A stretch of DNA of 62,990 bases, filler included, from Circinaria calcarea (lineage: Eukaryota): assembly GCA_051942165.1 (NCBI GenBank). It is 9 parts of 9 records of this genome, joined end to end, with 100 filler letters (N's around TTAATTAATTAA, not from the genome) between each part and the next. Parts side by side here need not be neighbours in the genome. Positions count along the whole stretch, not along the records: positions 49,092 to 55,993 come from JAVECS010001462.1; positions 56,094 to 62,990 come from JAVECS010001463.1; 7 more parts are not named here. One strand, given 5' to 3'. Shown here one piece after another: positions 49,092 through 61,309 of the stretch. Both the position numbers and the translations under genes were made by a program. The notes below the pieces were generated by a model. That model saw only the letters and a program-made list of their open reading frames with translations, did not search any database and had not been told where the DNA came from. How positions within the stretch are numbered: the first letter of the stretch is position 1; each line of letters begins with the position of its first letter.

Positions 49092-50665
49092 TTTCACAAC
49101 CCAGCATTATACACTTTTCCCCAAGATATTTTTCACAAATGCAAAACACCCTCAATCCTTCCCCCCCGGGCCCGGCGGGGGATTGATACTCTGGTTTTGT
49201 ATTTTCTTTCTTTCTTCCTTTCAAAGACTAGAGTACACTTTTTCTATCGGTTAGAGGGGCTGTGGGTTGCGGGGTTGCGGGCTACGTATCGAGGCGGCTG
49301 GGTCGGGCTAAACGTCTGAATATTCACATGAAATTTTTTATGGAACGCCAAGTATTTCCCAAATCCATCAATGTTAAATAGAGAGCCAAATATACCGTGT
49401 GCTATGCAGAAGTTCTGTGTTGCCCGTATTAGTACTAGCGTGGGCTGCAGAGTTTTCCCCTCGGCTTCGCACTTTGCGAACCAAACAACTCACACATAAG
49501 GTTACACAATATATCGACTATTGCGTACACTTCCAATACCGTTCCAATGCATTGCTTAAATCACTCCCTGCTGAACCTTTAACAATATATCCTTTCTACG
49601 AGCTTGGAGAAATCGGATGCGTCTGCGTTAAAAGTTTAGTTAGCAATGGCCCAGTGATAATCGTTTTCTTAAACTCTCCACCATCTATAGAGCACAAGGG
49701 TTGATGTCAGAACGTGCTAGCTACTGCAAAGTTGACTTTCCGGCTTCTGACCACCAAGATGCACGAGCTGTTACTAGACATCCTATTTACTTAATTAGAA
49801 GCTTGTGCGAGCATTAGAATCAACTAACTTGGTTATAGTGGAAGATTTTTCGTTATAGAATTGTGATTTGGAGGTTTCTTAGGCGGAGACTTTCCACGAA
49901 GCGAAGCTCCACAGACGTACCTATTACTTATATAGATGCAGAGTACAAATGTTGAACTGATGAGGTTTCCCAGGTTCAGAAAATGTACTGAGATAGGTAT
50001 AACTAGGTTTCGGGGCAGAAAAATATCAGTCAAGTCTAACATTGCTGTATATTAGATGATGATAGCCGAGGGCCAAACCCTTAGTCAAGCGAGGGTTTGT
50101 CAAGCGAAATTGTTGGTCTACCGGATCCATTCCGATTTAAACTCTTCTGACTATTTTCAACATCATATCCACCGAGTACGTTATACATTTAGATAACCAT
50201 AAGAGAGCTCTGGTCTAAGCTAATCGGGTATTTCATAATTAGAAGCGCCGGAGAATCATGAATAGCCAACATGAGAAAAATCACAAGGTTTAAAGGAGAT
50301 AGATTAACTAATCACCACTTTAGCTCTCCTCTACTTCTGACCACTACTTCCCAATTGCCACCCCGAAATTCTACCACAAGCTGCCTAACCGCTTAATCTA
50401 AGCCTTCTATCGGTATCCTTACTCTCAACCGAATTGCACATCGTATAATAAAAACTTCGCCAGCATTCAGATCGTAGCGGCCGGGCGATACCAGGTTGTC
50501 GGCCAGTTGCGTAAAGATACCATAGCTACTTTTAGGTGTCTCGTAAGTCAGAATACATTGTATGAGCGGAGGCAGAGCAAAAATACCAAATAGGGATATC
50601 TTGCCACCGTTCTCGCACACTTTGGAGCCAACTCATTCGAGCCATGCTTTTCTGCGGTCCAAGTC

Positions 50666-51513
50666 TCACTTGCTTGAACGGACGAATTTATCCACAAGTT
50701 TCGCCAATATGTCCTTTTCTTCCTTCCACGTCTTGCGCTCCAGCTCTATAGCTTTGCGCTCAGACTCTAAGGCTGCTTTGGTGGCGGAGCTCTCCTTCTT
50801 TTCTACGTCAAATACGGCGCGCTGGACGTCGAAGGTATCCGTAGCGAGAGTCCCACCCTCGTTGACAATCGCTCGTACATAGTCTAGGCCATCCTGGTCT
50901 ATCATGCGTAGCGTGGAAGCAGCGTGTTGACGGTAAAACCGGCGGAAATTAAGGTCGGAATCTGGCAACCATTGATAAATCTTCCGGGCAAGTCTGAAGA
51001 ACAGTATCGGCTTTTGCTGAAGCTCAGGAATAGAGCTTAGCATCTCTATCACTGTTTGTTTGAGGCTGTCGATTTGATACTTCTCTGCCATTACGTAGAT
51101 GTCTGCTAGCTTCTTGGCTAGCTCGGATCCATCATGGCCTTCCGTGAACAGGCCGTCGCTGCGCATGTAGAGAAACTCGAGGACATAGCCAAATATTTCA
51201 GGCTGGTCCTCTAGTAACTGAATTGCACAGCTTACGCTCTCTTGAAAGCCACCACTGCACATGCGGGCCAGTACTGGAGACTTTGAAAGAACTGATTCGT
51301 GTACATTGAAAGTCTGATTGTTTGCCCCGACGGTAACGGTAAAGATTCTTGATTTAAAACGGCTATATGATAATAATCAGCTTTTCGAGGATTTAGTGTT
51401 GTACCGAATATTGCCTACAACCGCGGCCACAAGCACTTGAAAGACTTGTAGGGGTAAAAGGTAGCACTGGGTTTAACTTACTTGGTACCATCTCTCTCTC
51501 CTGCACTCCCCAT
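50666..51513 (-). CDS. BTB/POZ domain protein (exons 51482-51513, 50666-51362)
   Basis: FTVTVGANNQTFNVHESVLSKSPVLARMCSGGFQES, LLEDQPEIFGYVLEFLY and IYVMAEKYQIDSLK. Confidence 0.88.
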
Positions 51514-52267
51514 ATTCGGCCGAGGTTTGGCGATGAAGGGCTTGGCGGAGGATTGGACGTCGAAGGACCTGGGGAAGAAGTTTCAACCGTCGTCTTGTTG
51601 GGTCTCTTCGAAGATTTTCTAGAGTCGACCCTGATAAAAAATTATGATAGGCTTCGATGTAGAGCAGAGTATGCCGGTTTTCAACAGAGAATGAACTGGT
51701 AAAGGAAACCAGTAGCTGGGAAAAGAATCCGGCAAATTGGTTAACGAGAGTCTGCAGAGGAGAAATCAAGGTTTATGTAGTCGTAAAATGACTCATGGTT
51801 TAACACATCTTCCCACAGGCAGCAAATTCAACATGCACCCCGATATTCATTATGTGATGCCTTACCTAACACGCAAGGGTGTCTGCGGTACCCCCAGGTG
51901 TTTGGAAGCTTGCTCTGAGAAGTAACACCTACCTTCATATATACCACCACGACAGCATTATATTCTATAATCAGCAAGCCTGCCTTTTTAGCATCTTATA
52001 TATATACATTTCAGAACCTTGCGCCTCTGTAGTAGAGTTTGAATCTATCAAGTCCCTCAGCTCTACCCAGAATATGAATCTGACTCCTAGCGAAGTCTGA
52101 GAACCAGGTATCCCTTACCCATAGGCTACATGTAAAGATCTTCCCTTGCAACAGTCGTTGGTATTGCCTTGCCTTCGTCCAGCTTCACTACCCCTATCTT
52201 CAATTCTGACTGTGTATCCGAAAGTACTGTACTCCACCACTGAAATCCCAATACAGAACTTGGACTC

Positions 52268-54232
52268 TCACCTCTTTACGCCAACCACCACAAGATTTCG
52301 CGGACTCTGCGCGTAATCAAAGACGGTTTGCACCCAACAATCCTTCACGACCTTTTGCTCTTTGAGGTAAAGCCACCTGTCGACGACAATAACCGATTCG
52401 ACGACACCAGCACTGAAGGCCATCAAGCTCCATATGATGCTGAGCTCCTTCTTTTTACTTTCGTACATCTTCTCATATAACATAAGTTCCTCGTCAGTCA
52501 GACCGTCCATACTTTCTTTTATCAATGTGCCCTGCTTCCCATGGACGCCTGTTTTCGCTACTGCTCCTCGGACGTATGCGACGAAGGAGTTATAGCAGGC
52601 TTTCCTCAACGATCCAATAGTAATTGGCTGGCCCGCAACGCTCCATCCTCTTGGACTACCGCCACCTACCACTTCCGCTACTGCTGTGGGCTTCTTCACA
52701 ATGCCACGATCGAGGAAGATACGTTGGAGCAAGGCCCGATAGAAGTGACGGGTAAAGAAAGCTTCACAGGTGACCGCAGTCCAGTTCTGTGGCGCTTGGA
52801 CCGCCATCATACGAGCTGTGATGTTCAGTCTTATTCCTTCCCCGCCTTCATGTGTATAGGTAGCCATACGCTCCGACATTGGGAAGCCATGTGGATCACA
52901 CGCTGAAGAACTCTGCTCAACACGCGCGTTTGGGGCACGGAGAGTTGGTATCTTATAGGTAGGGGGCCCGAGGCGTTCCGTAACGAGGTTATAACAGCAA
53001 CCCACCATGGCGACAGCACGTACCGATTGATTTAGGATTAGTGAGCGAAGTCCATGATGAACAAGATTCCCGCAGGAATGCAGCGATACAACCATAAATC
53101 GGTTATCTGATATATCTGGGTTCAACGACTGGTGCGATGTTGGCTTTTCCACTGCTGCATCTTGTGATTTAGCCTCGGAGATGTTTCTTTCCTTCCCTGT
53201 TGCGCTGAAAGGACGACTCTCGGAAGTGTTGACACTTTGCTTGCGTACCTTTAAACTTGGACGAAGCTGGTCAATTACGCTTGTGAGATCTCCATCTTGG
53301 ATGGTGTGCTCGATGTAATGGATTTTGTTCTTCTGCCTGACTATACCCTGACCGTTTTCTAAAGCATCCTGTGGTTCCCCAGCAAGAGTGGATGCGTTCT
53401 TTGCTTGCAGGTCAAGGGTCGTTTCTTCTGATAGGGAGGTTTTGACCGTGGGCTCGTGTGGTTCCAGTACAGATGTTGTCCCCATGCGGAAAGCTTTCTT
53501 GTTTCTGCGGATGATCTCCTTTTTCGCCAGCCTAGCATTGATATCCATACTCTTCGCTCCCTCGATGTTAAGTTGCTTGCTTTCGACAGCGATTACTTGC
53601 TTCTCATACGGTTGACTTGCTAGTACTCGACCAAGGTAGTTCTGACCTGAACCAAAGTCAATGACATGTGTCAAATCATAGGGGCCTTCGGTAGCAATAT
53701 CTGTTGCCAAACCATCAATGAAAACTGCAAACTTCTCCACTTCGTGAGCTTTCTTGGGTTTCATCCCCACAGAAATCTGCCGTGACAACGCTTGACTTTT
53801 GTCTGGTATCCTGGTTATACCATCCTCATGAAACTCTCGCAAAAGGTTGTGATTGCGGACTGCATGAATATACTTCAAAAGACCCAATGGAGGGACAGGG
53901 CCATTACGCCAGCTGCCATCCAAGGATGTAGGTATAGCCCCGTGAGCTAGCGGCTGCGTACTCGTTGCTGAAGCCAGCAGACAACCAACATCTTCCCGCA
54001 TGAGTAGGTCAAGAATATCCGAGATATCAAACACGTGAAACCAGTTTCTCCAATCTTGGGGCAGGATTGAAGCATATAGATCAGGCTCGAGCGTCAGGAA
54101 ATCTAAGATATGGACACCTCCGCAAAGGGTCTGAAGCATATTGGAGCCTGTTATGAAGGCCAATAAGGATTCTACATATCCTTCTGCATCTTTGTGGCAT
54201 GCAGGATATGGAAGTGCTTTCTCCAAGACCAT
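52268..54232 (-). CDS. METTL25/RRNAD1-like SAM-dependent methyltransferase (Methyltransf_32 family)
   Basis: GMKPKKAHEV, VIDFGSGQNYLGR, SLHSCGNL, VGCCYN, VVDRWLYL and SPRN in a single 654-aa ORF. Confidence 0.9.
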   Translation of the reverse strand: MVLEKALPYPACHKDAEGYVESLLAFITGSNMLQTLCGGVHILDFLTLEPDLYASILPQDWRNWFHVFDISDILDLLMREDVGCLLASATSTQPLAHGAIPTSLDGSWRNGPVPPLGLLKYIHAVRNHNLLREFHEDGITRIPDKSQALSRQISVGMKPKKAHEVEKFAVFIDGLATDIATEGPYDLTHVIDFGSGQNYLGRVLASQPYEKQVIAVESKQLNIEGAKSMDINARLAKKEIIRRNKKAFRMGTTSVLEPHEPTVKTSLSEETTLDLQAKNASTLAGEPQDALENGQGIVRQKNKIHYIEHTIQDGDLTSVIDQLRPSLKVRKQSVNTSESRPFSATGKERNISEAKSQDAAVEKPTSHQSLNPDISDNRFMVVSLHSCGNLVHHGLRSLILNQSVRAVAMVGCCYNLVTERLGPPTYKIPTLRAPNARVEQSSSACDPHGFPMSERMATYTHEGGEGIRLNITARMMAVQAPQNWTAVTCEAFFTRHFYRALLQRIFLDRGIVKKPTAVAEVVGGGSPRGWSVAGQPITIGSLRKACYNSFVAYVRGAVAKTGVHGKQGTLIKESMDGLTDEELMLYEKMYESKKKELSIIWSLMAFSAGVVESVIVVDRWLYLKEQKVVKDCWVQTVFDYAQSPRNLVVVGVKR

Positions 54233-54508
54233 TGCCGTTAGCCTATAGTATATATCTGGTGAAAGATCACTCGAAGATCTGTGTGAATAGGGCGCGAAGC
54301 CGCATAGGCATTATTCTTACAGTAATCGTTCACGAGCCTTCATTGTGAAGTACGAAAATCAGAATTTAGTCGAGCCGCGATGGTACATATTCTACAGTAG
54401 CCCCATCAGACCAGCTACGCAAGAATGCAGTCTTCACGTGCTTGACGGCCTACCTTAACTCAACAAACTAGAGAGAGAACATCTTCTTGTAGGTTTTATT
54501 TCGAGGTC

Positions 54509-55355
54509 ATGTCTTTTTCCAACGGCGATGATCCATTCCTACAGGTTCAAGCGTAAGTCGACTGGCTCTAAAGGTTCCGGATGAATCGCTCACTTGGTAA
54601 TCAGGGATGTTCTCTCAACCCTGGATACTACAAGGCCACTCTTTACCTCGTACCTCCGCATCAGGTCCCTCGCCTCCTCGCCATCGTCTCCGGAATTAGC
54701 CCAGGCTCGCAGTGAGCTCGAAACTAATCTGCAAGACCTAACCTCTGATCTGCAAGACTTAGTCGAAAGCGTGCGTGCTGTTGAGCAAGACCCATTCCGT
54801 TATGGACTAGATATTGAGGAAGTCGGTCGAAGGCGAAGGTTGGTTGAGGAAGTTGGAGGGGAGATTGAAGACATGCGAGAGGAGCTTGCCAAGGCTGTTG
54901 CAGATACTCAGGGAAGAAGGTTAGGCATCAGCTCTAATGCTCTACCACCACCTTCATCTTTCGATCCCGAATCACCCGACGGCGATGGCTACGCTGCCTT
55001 TGAGCAACAAAGACAGGTAGAGATCATGCACGAACAAGATGAGGCTTTGGACGGCGTGTTCAAGACTGTGGGTAACCTGCGGCAACAGGCGGATGTGATG
55101 GGAAGGGAATTGGAAGAGCAGGGAGAGATGTTAGACGATGTTGATACTTTGACGGATCGATTGGGTGGGAAGTTACAAGGCGGCTTGAAAAAACTTGGTA
55201 CGATTATTAAGAAGAATGAAGGTAAGTTGATGGTATGTAGTTGTTTAAGCTACTTGCAGCCGATCTAATGCATAGTAGATACCTGGTCAAGCTGCGGTAT
55301 TGCACTCCTCATATTGGTGCTGATACTACTCCTTATCCTCGTACTTGTGCTTTGA
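54509..55355 (+). CDS. TLG1: Qc-SNARE Tlg1/syntaxin-6 (introns 54553-54604, 55222-55278)
   Basis: N-terminal DPFLQVQ, SNARE motif EQDEALDGVF...MGRELEEQGEML and a C-terminal transmembrane anchor. Confidence 0.93.
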
Positions 55356-55825
55356 CACTAACAATGTCCTCCCGAATCCTGCGATAATCCGACGTCCTCA
55401 CCTGAGGGTTGCTCTTGTCTTTATTGTTGGACTACCAAAAAGTAGTAGGTGATACGGTAGATGGCTAAGCGGCCAAGCTAGGCCTGGAGCCACACAGAAA
55501 ACGTCAAACTCAGCGAGACTTCAAGCCCGTTGAGAGTTGATTGGTGGGTTCAGATGTTGCAGATATCCCACTGAGTTTGGATCCATCCCCTAACAGCTTA
55601 TTTTACCCAGTACCCATAGTCGTCACCATGGAGCAATTTTCACCCGCCCGATCATGATGGTCTCCAGTCCCATCATTCTGGCCAAGTCTATCCAATCCGA
55701 TCTGTCCTTTTAGCACCACAAGTACAAAACAATCACGGCAGCTGTGCACAAAGTGAGATTTACGTCGATAGCCCCAAAAACGTCGCTACCTGCATCAGTG
55801 TCGAAGAGCTTCAAATGAATGGCCT

Positions 55826-55993
55826 TTAATTAATCTGGCCCATTCCAACGTTCCTCCCTCCATCAAAAATCTGAAATGTTACTCCTGCAAAGGGGTGGAT
55901 GTGCAAAAACTCTTCCAGCGCGACCATCGCATTTGCCGCCACCTGCCAGGTCATGCTATCTACCCCGTTACTCCACAGATTCATCATCAGGCC
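55826..55993 (-). CDS. C-terminal 55 aa of an uncharacterised small-protein family that I associate with lichen-forming fungi (5' truncated)
   Basis: GLMMNLWSNGVDSMTWQVAANAMVALEEFLHIHPFAGVTFQIFDGGRNVGMGQIN*. The frame is open from the contig edge; not in the ORF track. Confidence 0.65.
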   Translation of the reverse strand, partial: GLMMNLWSNGVDSMTWQVAANAMVALEEFLHIHPFAGVTFQIFDGGRNVGMGQIN

Positions 55994-56093
55994 NNNNNNN
56001 NNNNNNNNNNNNNNNNNNNNNNNNNNNNNNNNNNNNNTTAATTAATTAANNNNNNNNNNNNNNNNNNNNNNNNNNNNNNNNNNNNNNNNNNNN
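55994..56093. other. Artificial contig-joining spacer
   Basis: N44-TTAATTAATTAA-N44. Confidence 0.98.
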
Positions 56094-56094
56094 G

Positions 56095-57309
56095 GATAAT
56101 ATTCATCATGGTAATTGGGAGCATCGGGATATACACAACCTTAATGGCCTCACCGTCATCAATGCAACATATGAAGCCCTTCTGCATCGAGATTCTCCTC
56201 ACAAGCGTCCCTTTGTCCTAACTCGGTCATTCTACACAGGCTCTCAGCGTCTTGGAGCTATGTGGACTGGTGATAACTTGGCCTCCTGGTCACACCTTGT
56301 TGCTTCAGTTCCTATGACCTTATCGATGAACATTGCTGGCTTCCCTTTTGCCGGTGCGGACGTAGGGGGCTTCTTCGGAATTCCGAGCCATGAGCTCTTG
56401 ACGCGTTGGTATCAGGCTGGTATTTTCAATCCCTTTTTCCGGGCTCATGCCCACATCGATTCGAGACGTAGAGAACCGTATGTGCCAGGCTCTCCGTACA
56501 CGGAAATCATAACTCAGGCGATTCGACTTCGATATCAGCTATTACCAGCTTGGTACACCGCGTTCCACGAGGCTTCTACCACCGGTGCTCCTATCGTTCG
56601 CCCACATTACTACGTTCATCCTTCAGATGAGAAGGGTTTTACGATCGATGATCAGTTCTACATTGGTGACACTGGACTGCTAGCGAAACCGGTCACCACG
56701 GAAGGTGCGGAGAGCGTTGAGATTTACATTTCTGATCGGGAGAGGTACTACAATTACTTTGACTACAGTATCTTCTATGGTGCCGGCAAAACGCACAAGG
56801 TTGGCGCGCCCCTCGACAGGGTCCCTCTTCTCATGCAGGGTGGGCATATCATTCCGCGGCGTGATCGCCCCAGGAAGAGTAGTGGTCTCATGAAATGGGA
56901 TCCCTTTACTCTGGTGGTGGTGCTCGGGATTAGAGGTAATGCAGAGGGGACCCTCTACCTCGACGATGGGGAATCTTTCGATTACCAAGCCGGCGCCTAC
57001 ATCCACCGTAAATTTACCTTCTCCGACGCCTCTCAATCGCTTGTCTCTGAAAATCTCGCCGAGGAGGGCAAGAAGACGAAAGCGTATCTCAAGTCCATGG
57101 CAAAGGTTCGCGTGGAGAAGATTGTGATTGTCGGTGCGCCCTTTGATTGGATGAACAAGAAAGAAGTCCTAGTCCTGGAGGACGGAAAAAAAGAGGGCAG
57201 GAAAACGGCGCTGAAATGGCATGCCGCGCAGGCTGCGAGGGCATCATGGGCTGTGGTCAGGGATCCGGGCGTCGGGGTGGGGAACGGATGGAAAATCGAC
57301 TTCTCTTGA
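56095..57309 (+). CDS. ROT2: ER glucosidase II alpha subunit (GH31), 3' part
   Basis: WEHRDIHNLNG, RPFVLTRSF, WTGDN, GADVGGFFG and FFRAHAHIDSRRREP. Confidence 0.93.
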   Translation, partial: DNIHHGNWEHRDIHNLNGLTVINATYEALLHRDSPHKRPFVLTRSFYTGSQRLGAMWTGDNLASWSHLVASVPMTLSMNIAGFPFAGADVGGFFGIPSHELLTRWYQAGIFNPFFRAHAHIDSRRREPYVPGSPYTEIITQAIRLRYQLLPAWYTAFHEASTTGAPIVRPHYYVHPSDEKGFTIDDQFYIGDTGLLAKPVTTEGAESVEIYISDRERYYNYFDYSIFYGAGKTHKVGAPLDRVPLLMQGGHIIPRRDRPRKSSGLMKWDPFTLVVVLGIRGNAEGTLYLDDGESFDYQAGAYIHRKFTFSDASQSLVSENLAEEGKKTKAYLKSMAKVRVEKIVIVGAPFDWMNKKEVLVLEDGKKEGRKTALKWHAAQAARASWAVVRDPGVGVGNGWKIDFS

Positions 57310-58914
57310 TTATAGCGGGTAGATGCCATCTTCAAGGCAACTTGGATTTACATCTTTTGCCAAAAAAACTGCTATAGACGATATGTTTCCGTAAGGGGTC
57401 AACGAAATATAATCGTCTGCCATGGTTCCCAAGCCGGGTATGCTTTGCACCTTGTTTCAGTTTACGCTCAATAGTTTATACGTGGTCCTTCTCTTCATCC
57501 ACGCATCCTCCATTTCTCCCAAGCTAGCACAACAACCTCTCCAACACTATTACGCATTCCATCCTATTTTTCTCTTTCTGCGCCCACCCGCCTAACAGAA
57601 ACCACTATCTTCCCCTGCTGCGCTAAATGTCTTGGCGACCTTTGGCAATATTGTTAGATTTTCATTACAATTTCTACCGTCCGTCTTGCTGATACTTTAG
57701 GTTAGCAAGTGATCCCGGCATTTAGTTCCTTTCACCAACCTCCTTTGTTCGGCCGCCTGCTCTTCCACATGCGGCTCCACCCGTCTGTCATTCGACTTCC
57801 CGCCCCTTCACCATATGCTGTTTTCCTCCAGCATGATTTGCGTCAATGACAAGATCTGTTCCGGCAGCAGGTCTTGCTCTTTACCAGTGGCGATTGGGAA
57901 AGAGTGGGTGTTGCATATACGGCATGCATGCATTGATCCAGCGTGGGTTTGCGAAGCTGACTTGGAAGCCAGATCAGGGGGTTTTTTCTTCGGCTGCCAT
58001 TCAGAACGGCGCTGCCGACTTTTTTCGGGCTGCTATATTACTGTGTGGGTCACTACTCATGGTGGGCGGACTCGCATGTGTGACGCTGCTGTTACTATGC
58101 TTTGTGTGACTGCTAGGCCTCCGGCGGAGGACTTCCCTATGCCCCAGGTGAAAATCTCAATGGTTCCGGCAATTGGAGACTGCTTATACTTATTAATACT
58201 GGTGCTGTACTTGCTGTGCCACGGACATTAGCTTATTACCAGCTCCACTGGCCCTGAATCCAAAGCTCTTTTGCATCCCATCGTCACCTGAACGTAGGTG
58301 CAAAGGAGTCGCTGAGAACATGGGGTCGTATGCTGTGTGCCTACACTGTGTAGGGGCCCGGTACTTGCTTCATGCAGGGCTTCCTGGGGCTTACCCGCTG
58401 TGGGGCTTTCTAATGCCTCATTGGAGGACTGTCGTGCCTATGGTGTGAAGCGCGTTCTTTCCTGGCTGCAGCTATTGACTAAGAGACTGTTTTCGTAACT
58501 AGCCTCGCCGAGAACTCCTATTGCTATCAAACAGGTGCTCCCGTCATTTCAAGGAATGAAAATAGGTTGAATTGCAAGCATTACAGTCTGAACAAGAATG
58601 AAAGCACGAGGTACTTATGCTACGTGCAGCGTGGGTTATGCAGTGTGGGTGTTATAGGCCGTACGGCATCTATTAAGACCGAAAAAGAATTTGGTGTGGT
58701 GGCGATCTGGTGGTGTGCACGCATAGGCACATAGAGCCTCAATGCTGATATCATTGTTATCATCCACGTTGCAGCCTTGTCGCCCTGGGGCAAGGGATTT
58801 ATCTACCTCCGCCCCCCTTTGCTTTTTATCGACCCTGTTAAATCACCTTTTTTCTTATCTGCATTAGGATAGCTTGACTCTTCCTTGGCCCGTAACAGGT
58901 GCTGGTATCGTTGA

Positions 58915-61089
58915 ATGGCAAATCTTCAACTGCAGTGGGATCTATCGCGAAACTCAGCAACAGTTCTTTCTGTTGCTCAAGGTATCGTTCGCGCGTCGAC
59001 ACATGACAACGTTCAGATTCTGGCACTTCTGGCTTGTGAACGTTTCGGAGCTACTCTGGCTATTTGTCCAGAGACGCGCAGAAAGGTAGAACACCAAGTT
59101 CTGAAGGTACAGACACCCATCACCAGTATTGTTGATTTCCTCGGCGCGACGGTGGGCTACTCTTCATATGACTGTGCTTCGCAAATGGCAAAAAGCCTCG
59201 CTGGTGTGAACTTCCTGAGTCTTGCGGCTACCTTAGTTCCTAGTATAGGGGCATACGAAGGTGGTAAGACACTTGCATTGATGCTGGAGAATTCAGCAGC
59301 GGACAAGACTTTTCTCCCACCTGAAAGGCATTTGAAAGATCTCTTATCGGCATTAGAGTATCGATGCGTCCGATTAGGGTTCTCTGATCTTGTAGTTGGG
59401 TGGCAAAAGCTGTTGTCTCATGCTCCTCAGTGTTCGGAGATCGGTCGCGGCTTTTACCAAGTATCTAACAACGCCCCTTCTAGTGAAGGATTGGATAAGC
59501 TGGTCGGCGCCTTCAGGCAGCTCGGTAGGATCGGGGATGTTTCGGCGATCACAATTACAGCTCGTCAATGTACGGCGTGGATTGCTGCTTTCACGCAATG
59601 GTGCTTGGGAGTTCCTCCTTCAGTTCTCTGGTGCGATGGCACCCCTTTACTCGAGCAATTAGCCAGCAGGGTAACCCTCATAACTCAGCCTGAATTCAAC
59701 ACCCCTAGCTTTGATATGGTAATCCACCGAGGCCTCGGCGATCCTACCGAGCTAATCAAGCCTGAGCCTGGAGAGCTTTGTTGGTCAGGGATGCTCACAA
59801 TAGAAGCTCATGGTCAATGGCTCTTGCGAGAACTACGCTTTGACGTGGAGGACACTTACAAAGCCGTTGCGCAAGCGCTACCATATGCCTTGAAGCAAGT
59901 CCTTATTATGCTTAGACCGCCAAGATTGCATCGGAAGGATCGTCCAGGGAGTCGCAATCTAGAAGGCACTCTTCGTGAAAGTGCCGCGTATCCCTTCTCT
60001 AATGACAGTGTCGTTTCGAAAATGCTTTCACGAATGCTGGGTATCGCCGAGCCGACCGATTTGTTAACTTTAGAAGACGGTTTACTCATTGCCGATCTTC
60101 CACTCTTCGGGCTACAGATCAAGAAGGAAAAGGAGGCATGTGTCTGCACGAAATGTAGTACGAATGGGTCTAATTACACTAGTTGCAAAGTACTTTGCCT
60201 CTGGGAAGATCTCGCAACTTTTGTCGCAGACATCCTTTTGCTCTCCTTGTTTGCGTCCCCCGAGAGGCTATTGGTACAATTGAACATCCCGCGGACCAGA
60301 GACGAGAAGTTGACTTCCGCCATCCAGCAGCTCTTACTCTCTGGCCAACCTGCGAAATGCCATGTCAGTGACATTCTGGACACCGCTCTAACGTTGGTAG
60401 GTCACCGCGTATCCAAGGAGCTAAGAGATCGTCAGTGGGTCATCTCTTGCCACAAGGGCCAAGCCGTCTATCCCAGAGTTTTCGAAACCCAACGTCTGGA
60501 CCAAAAAGGATATCTAACACTCTCTTGGGTTCCGGGACTATTGTCCTACGAAGGCACCAAGTACACGCAAGGCATATGTCGTCAGGACTCGTACAATAGC
60601 ATTGATGAATCAGTAATGTTCGAGACAAGTGGTGTGGATCGACCACGAAATTTGAGTTTGAATCAGAGTCTAGTGTGGCGAGTGGCTCATGGAGACGAAA
60701 TTCTCCATGTCAATATCGCTGCCCAGTTCGATAGCTTCTTATCCCCAGTCCTGTGCTGGCCGCCCTTTCGCCTCTTGACCAATTTGTCCCTTTCCTTCAT
60801 CTTGACATCTTGTCCTCACGACGCGACATCAGAACTAGACAGGCCAGACCCTTGGTGCAGATACACCAGTCCATTGCGACCGCTGGCGCGCCAGGGCCAA
60901 ATAGAGTTACACTCGGGAAAAGATTCTCCGTATCTTAGTGTCGTGGCTGTTGACGGTAACGACGGGTTAAGGCTGCTTGCTCTCAGCGCTTACGATGGCC
61001 CCTTCCCGGTCCTCATTAGGAAGAATGCTTGCCTTTCGTGTTGCCTTGAATTCTGTCGGAGAGCCAGCTGTCCTGTTCTCATCTGTTAA
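58915..61089 (+). CDS. Uncharacterised 724-aa fungal protein with Cys-rich motifs (intronless)
   Basis: Long uninterrupted ORF with globular composition. N-terminal QWDLS...DNVQ.LA.LACE.FG.TLA.C, internal CVCTKC and C-terminal RKNACLSCCLEFC. Confidence 0.85.
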   Translation: MANLQLQWDLSRNSATVLSVAQGIVRASTHDNVQILALLACERFGATLAICPETRRKVEHQVLKVQTPITSIVDFLGATVGYSSYDCASQMAKSLAGVNFLSLAATLVPSIGAYEGGKTLALMLENSAADKTFLPPERHLKDLLSALEYRCVRLGFSDLVVGWQKLLSHAPQCSEIGRGFYQVSNNAPSSEGLDKLVGAFRQLGRIGDVSAITITARQCTAWIAAFTQWCLGVPPSVLWCDGTPLLEQLASRVTLITQPEFNTPSFDMVIHRGLGDPTELIKPEPGELCWSGMLTIEAHGQWLLRELRFDVEDTYKAVAQALPYALKQVLIMLRPPRLHRKDRPGSRNLEGTLRESAAYPFSNDSVVSKMLSRMLGIAEPTDLLTLEDGLLIADLPLFGLQIKKEKEACVCTKCSTNGSNYTSCKVLCLWEDLATFVADILLLSLFASPERLLVQLNIPRTRDEKLTSAIQQLLLSGQPAKCHVSDILDTALTLVGHRVSKELRDRQWVISCHKGQAVYPRVFETQRLDQKGYLTLSWVPGLLSYEGTKYTQGICRQDSYNSIDESVMFETSGVDRPRNLSLNQSLVWRVAHGDEILHVNIAAQFDSFLSPVLCWPPFRLLTNLSLSFILTSCPHDATSELDRPDPWCRYTSPLRPLARQGQIELHSGKDSPYLSVVAVDGNDGLRLLALSAYDGPFPVLIRKNACLSCCLEFCRRASCPVLIC

Positions 61090-61309
61090 GCTTGAAGGGC
61101 CTTGAAACATGGAACGAGAAGTAAGCGTTTAAATCTGGGGCACGACCCGGTCAAATCTGAGCAAAGTTCTGCTGCAGTTGCGGCGAAAAAGTTAAGAAGG
61201 CCGTACACCGTAAAGGAGTTGGTCTTTAACCGCAATTGGGCGTCAAGTTTTACCACTCCTAGAAGGTCGGTCTGCTTTGTATTACCACGTGTTTCCTGCT
61301 AAGGCGGTT

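Noticed and set aside
49300..50650. AT/TA-rich intergenic stretch as a possible RIP-degraded transposon
   Set aside because: No recognisable transposase or RT motifs, LTRs or TIRs.
57600..58750. Cys-rich short ORFs upstream of the 724-aa gene
   Set aside because: No motif, splice structure or codon pattern supports them; treated as degenerate non-coding DNA.
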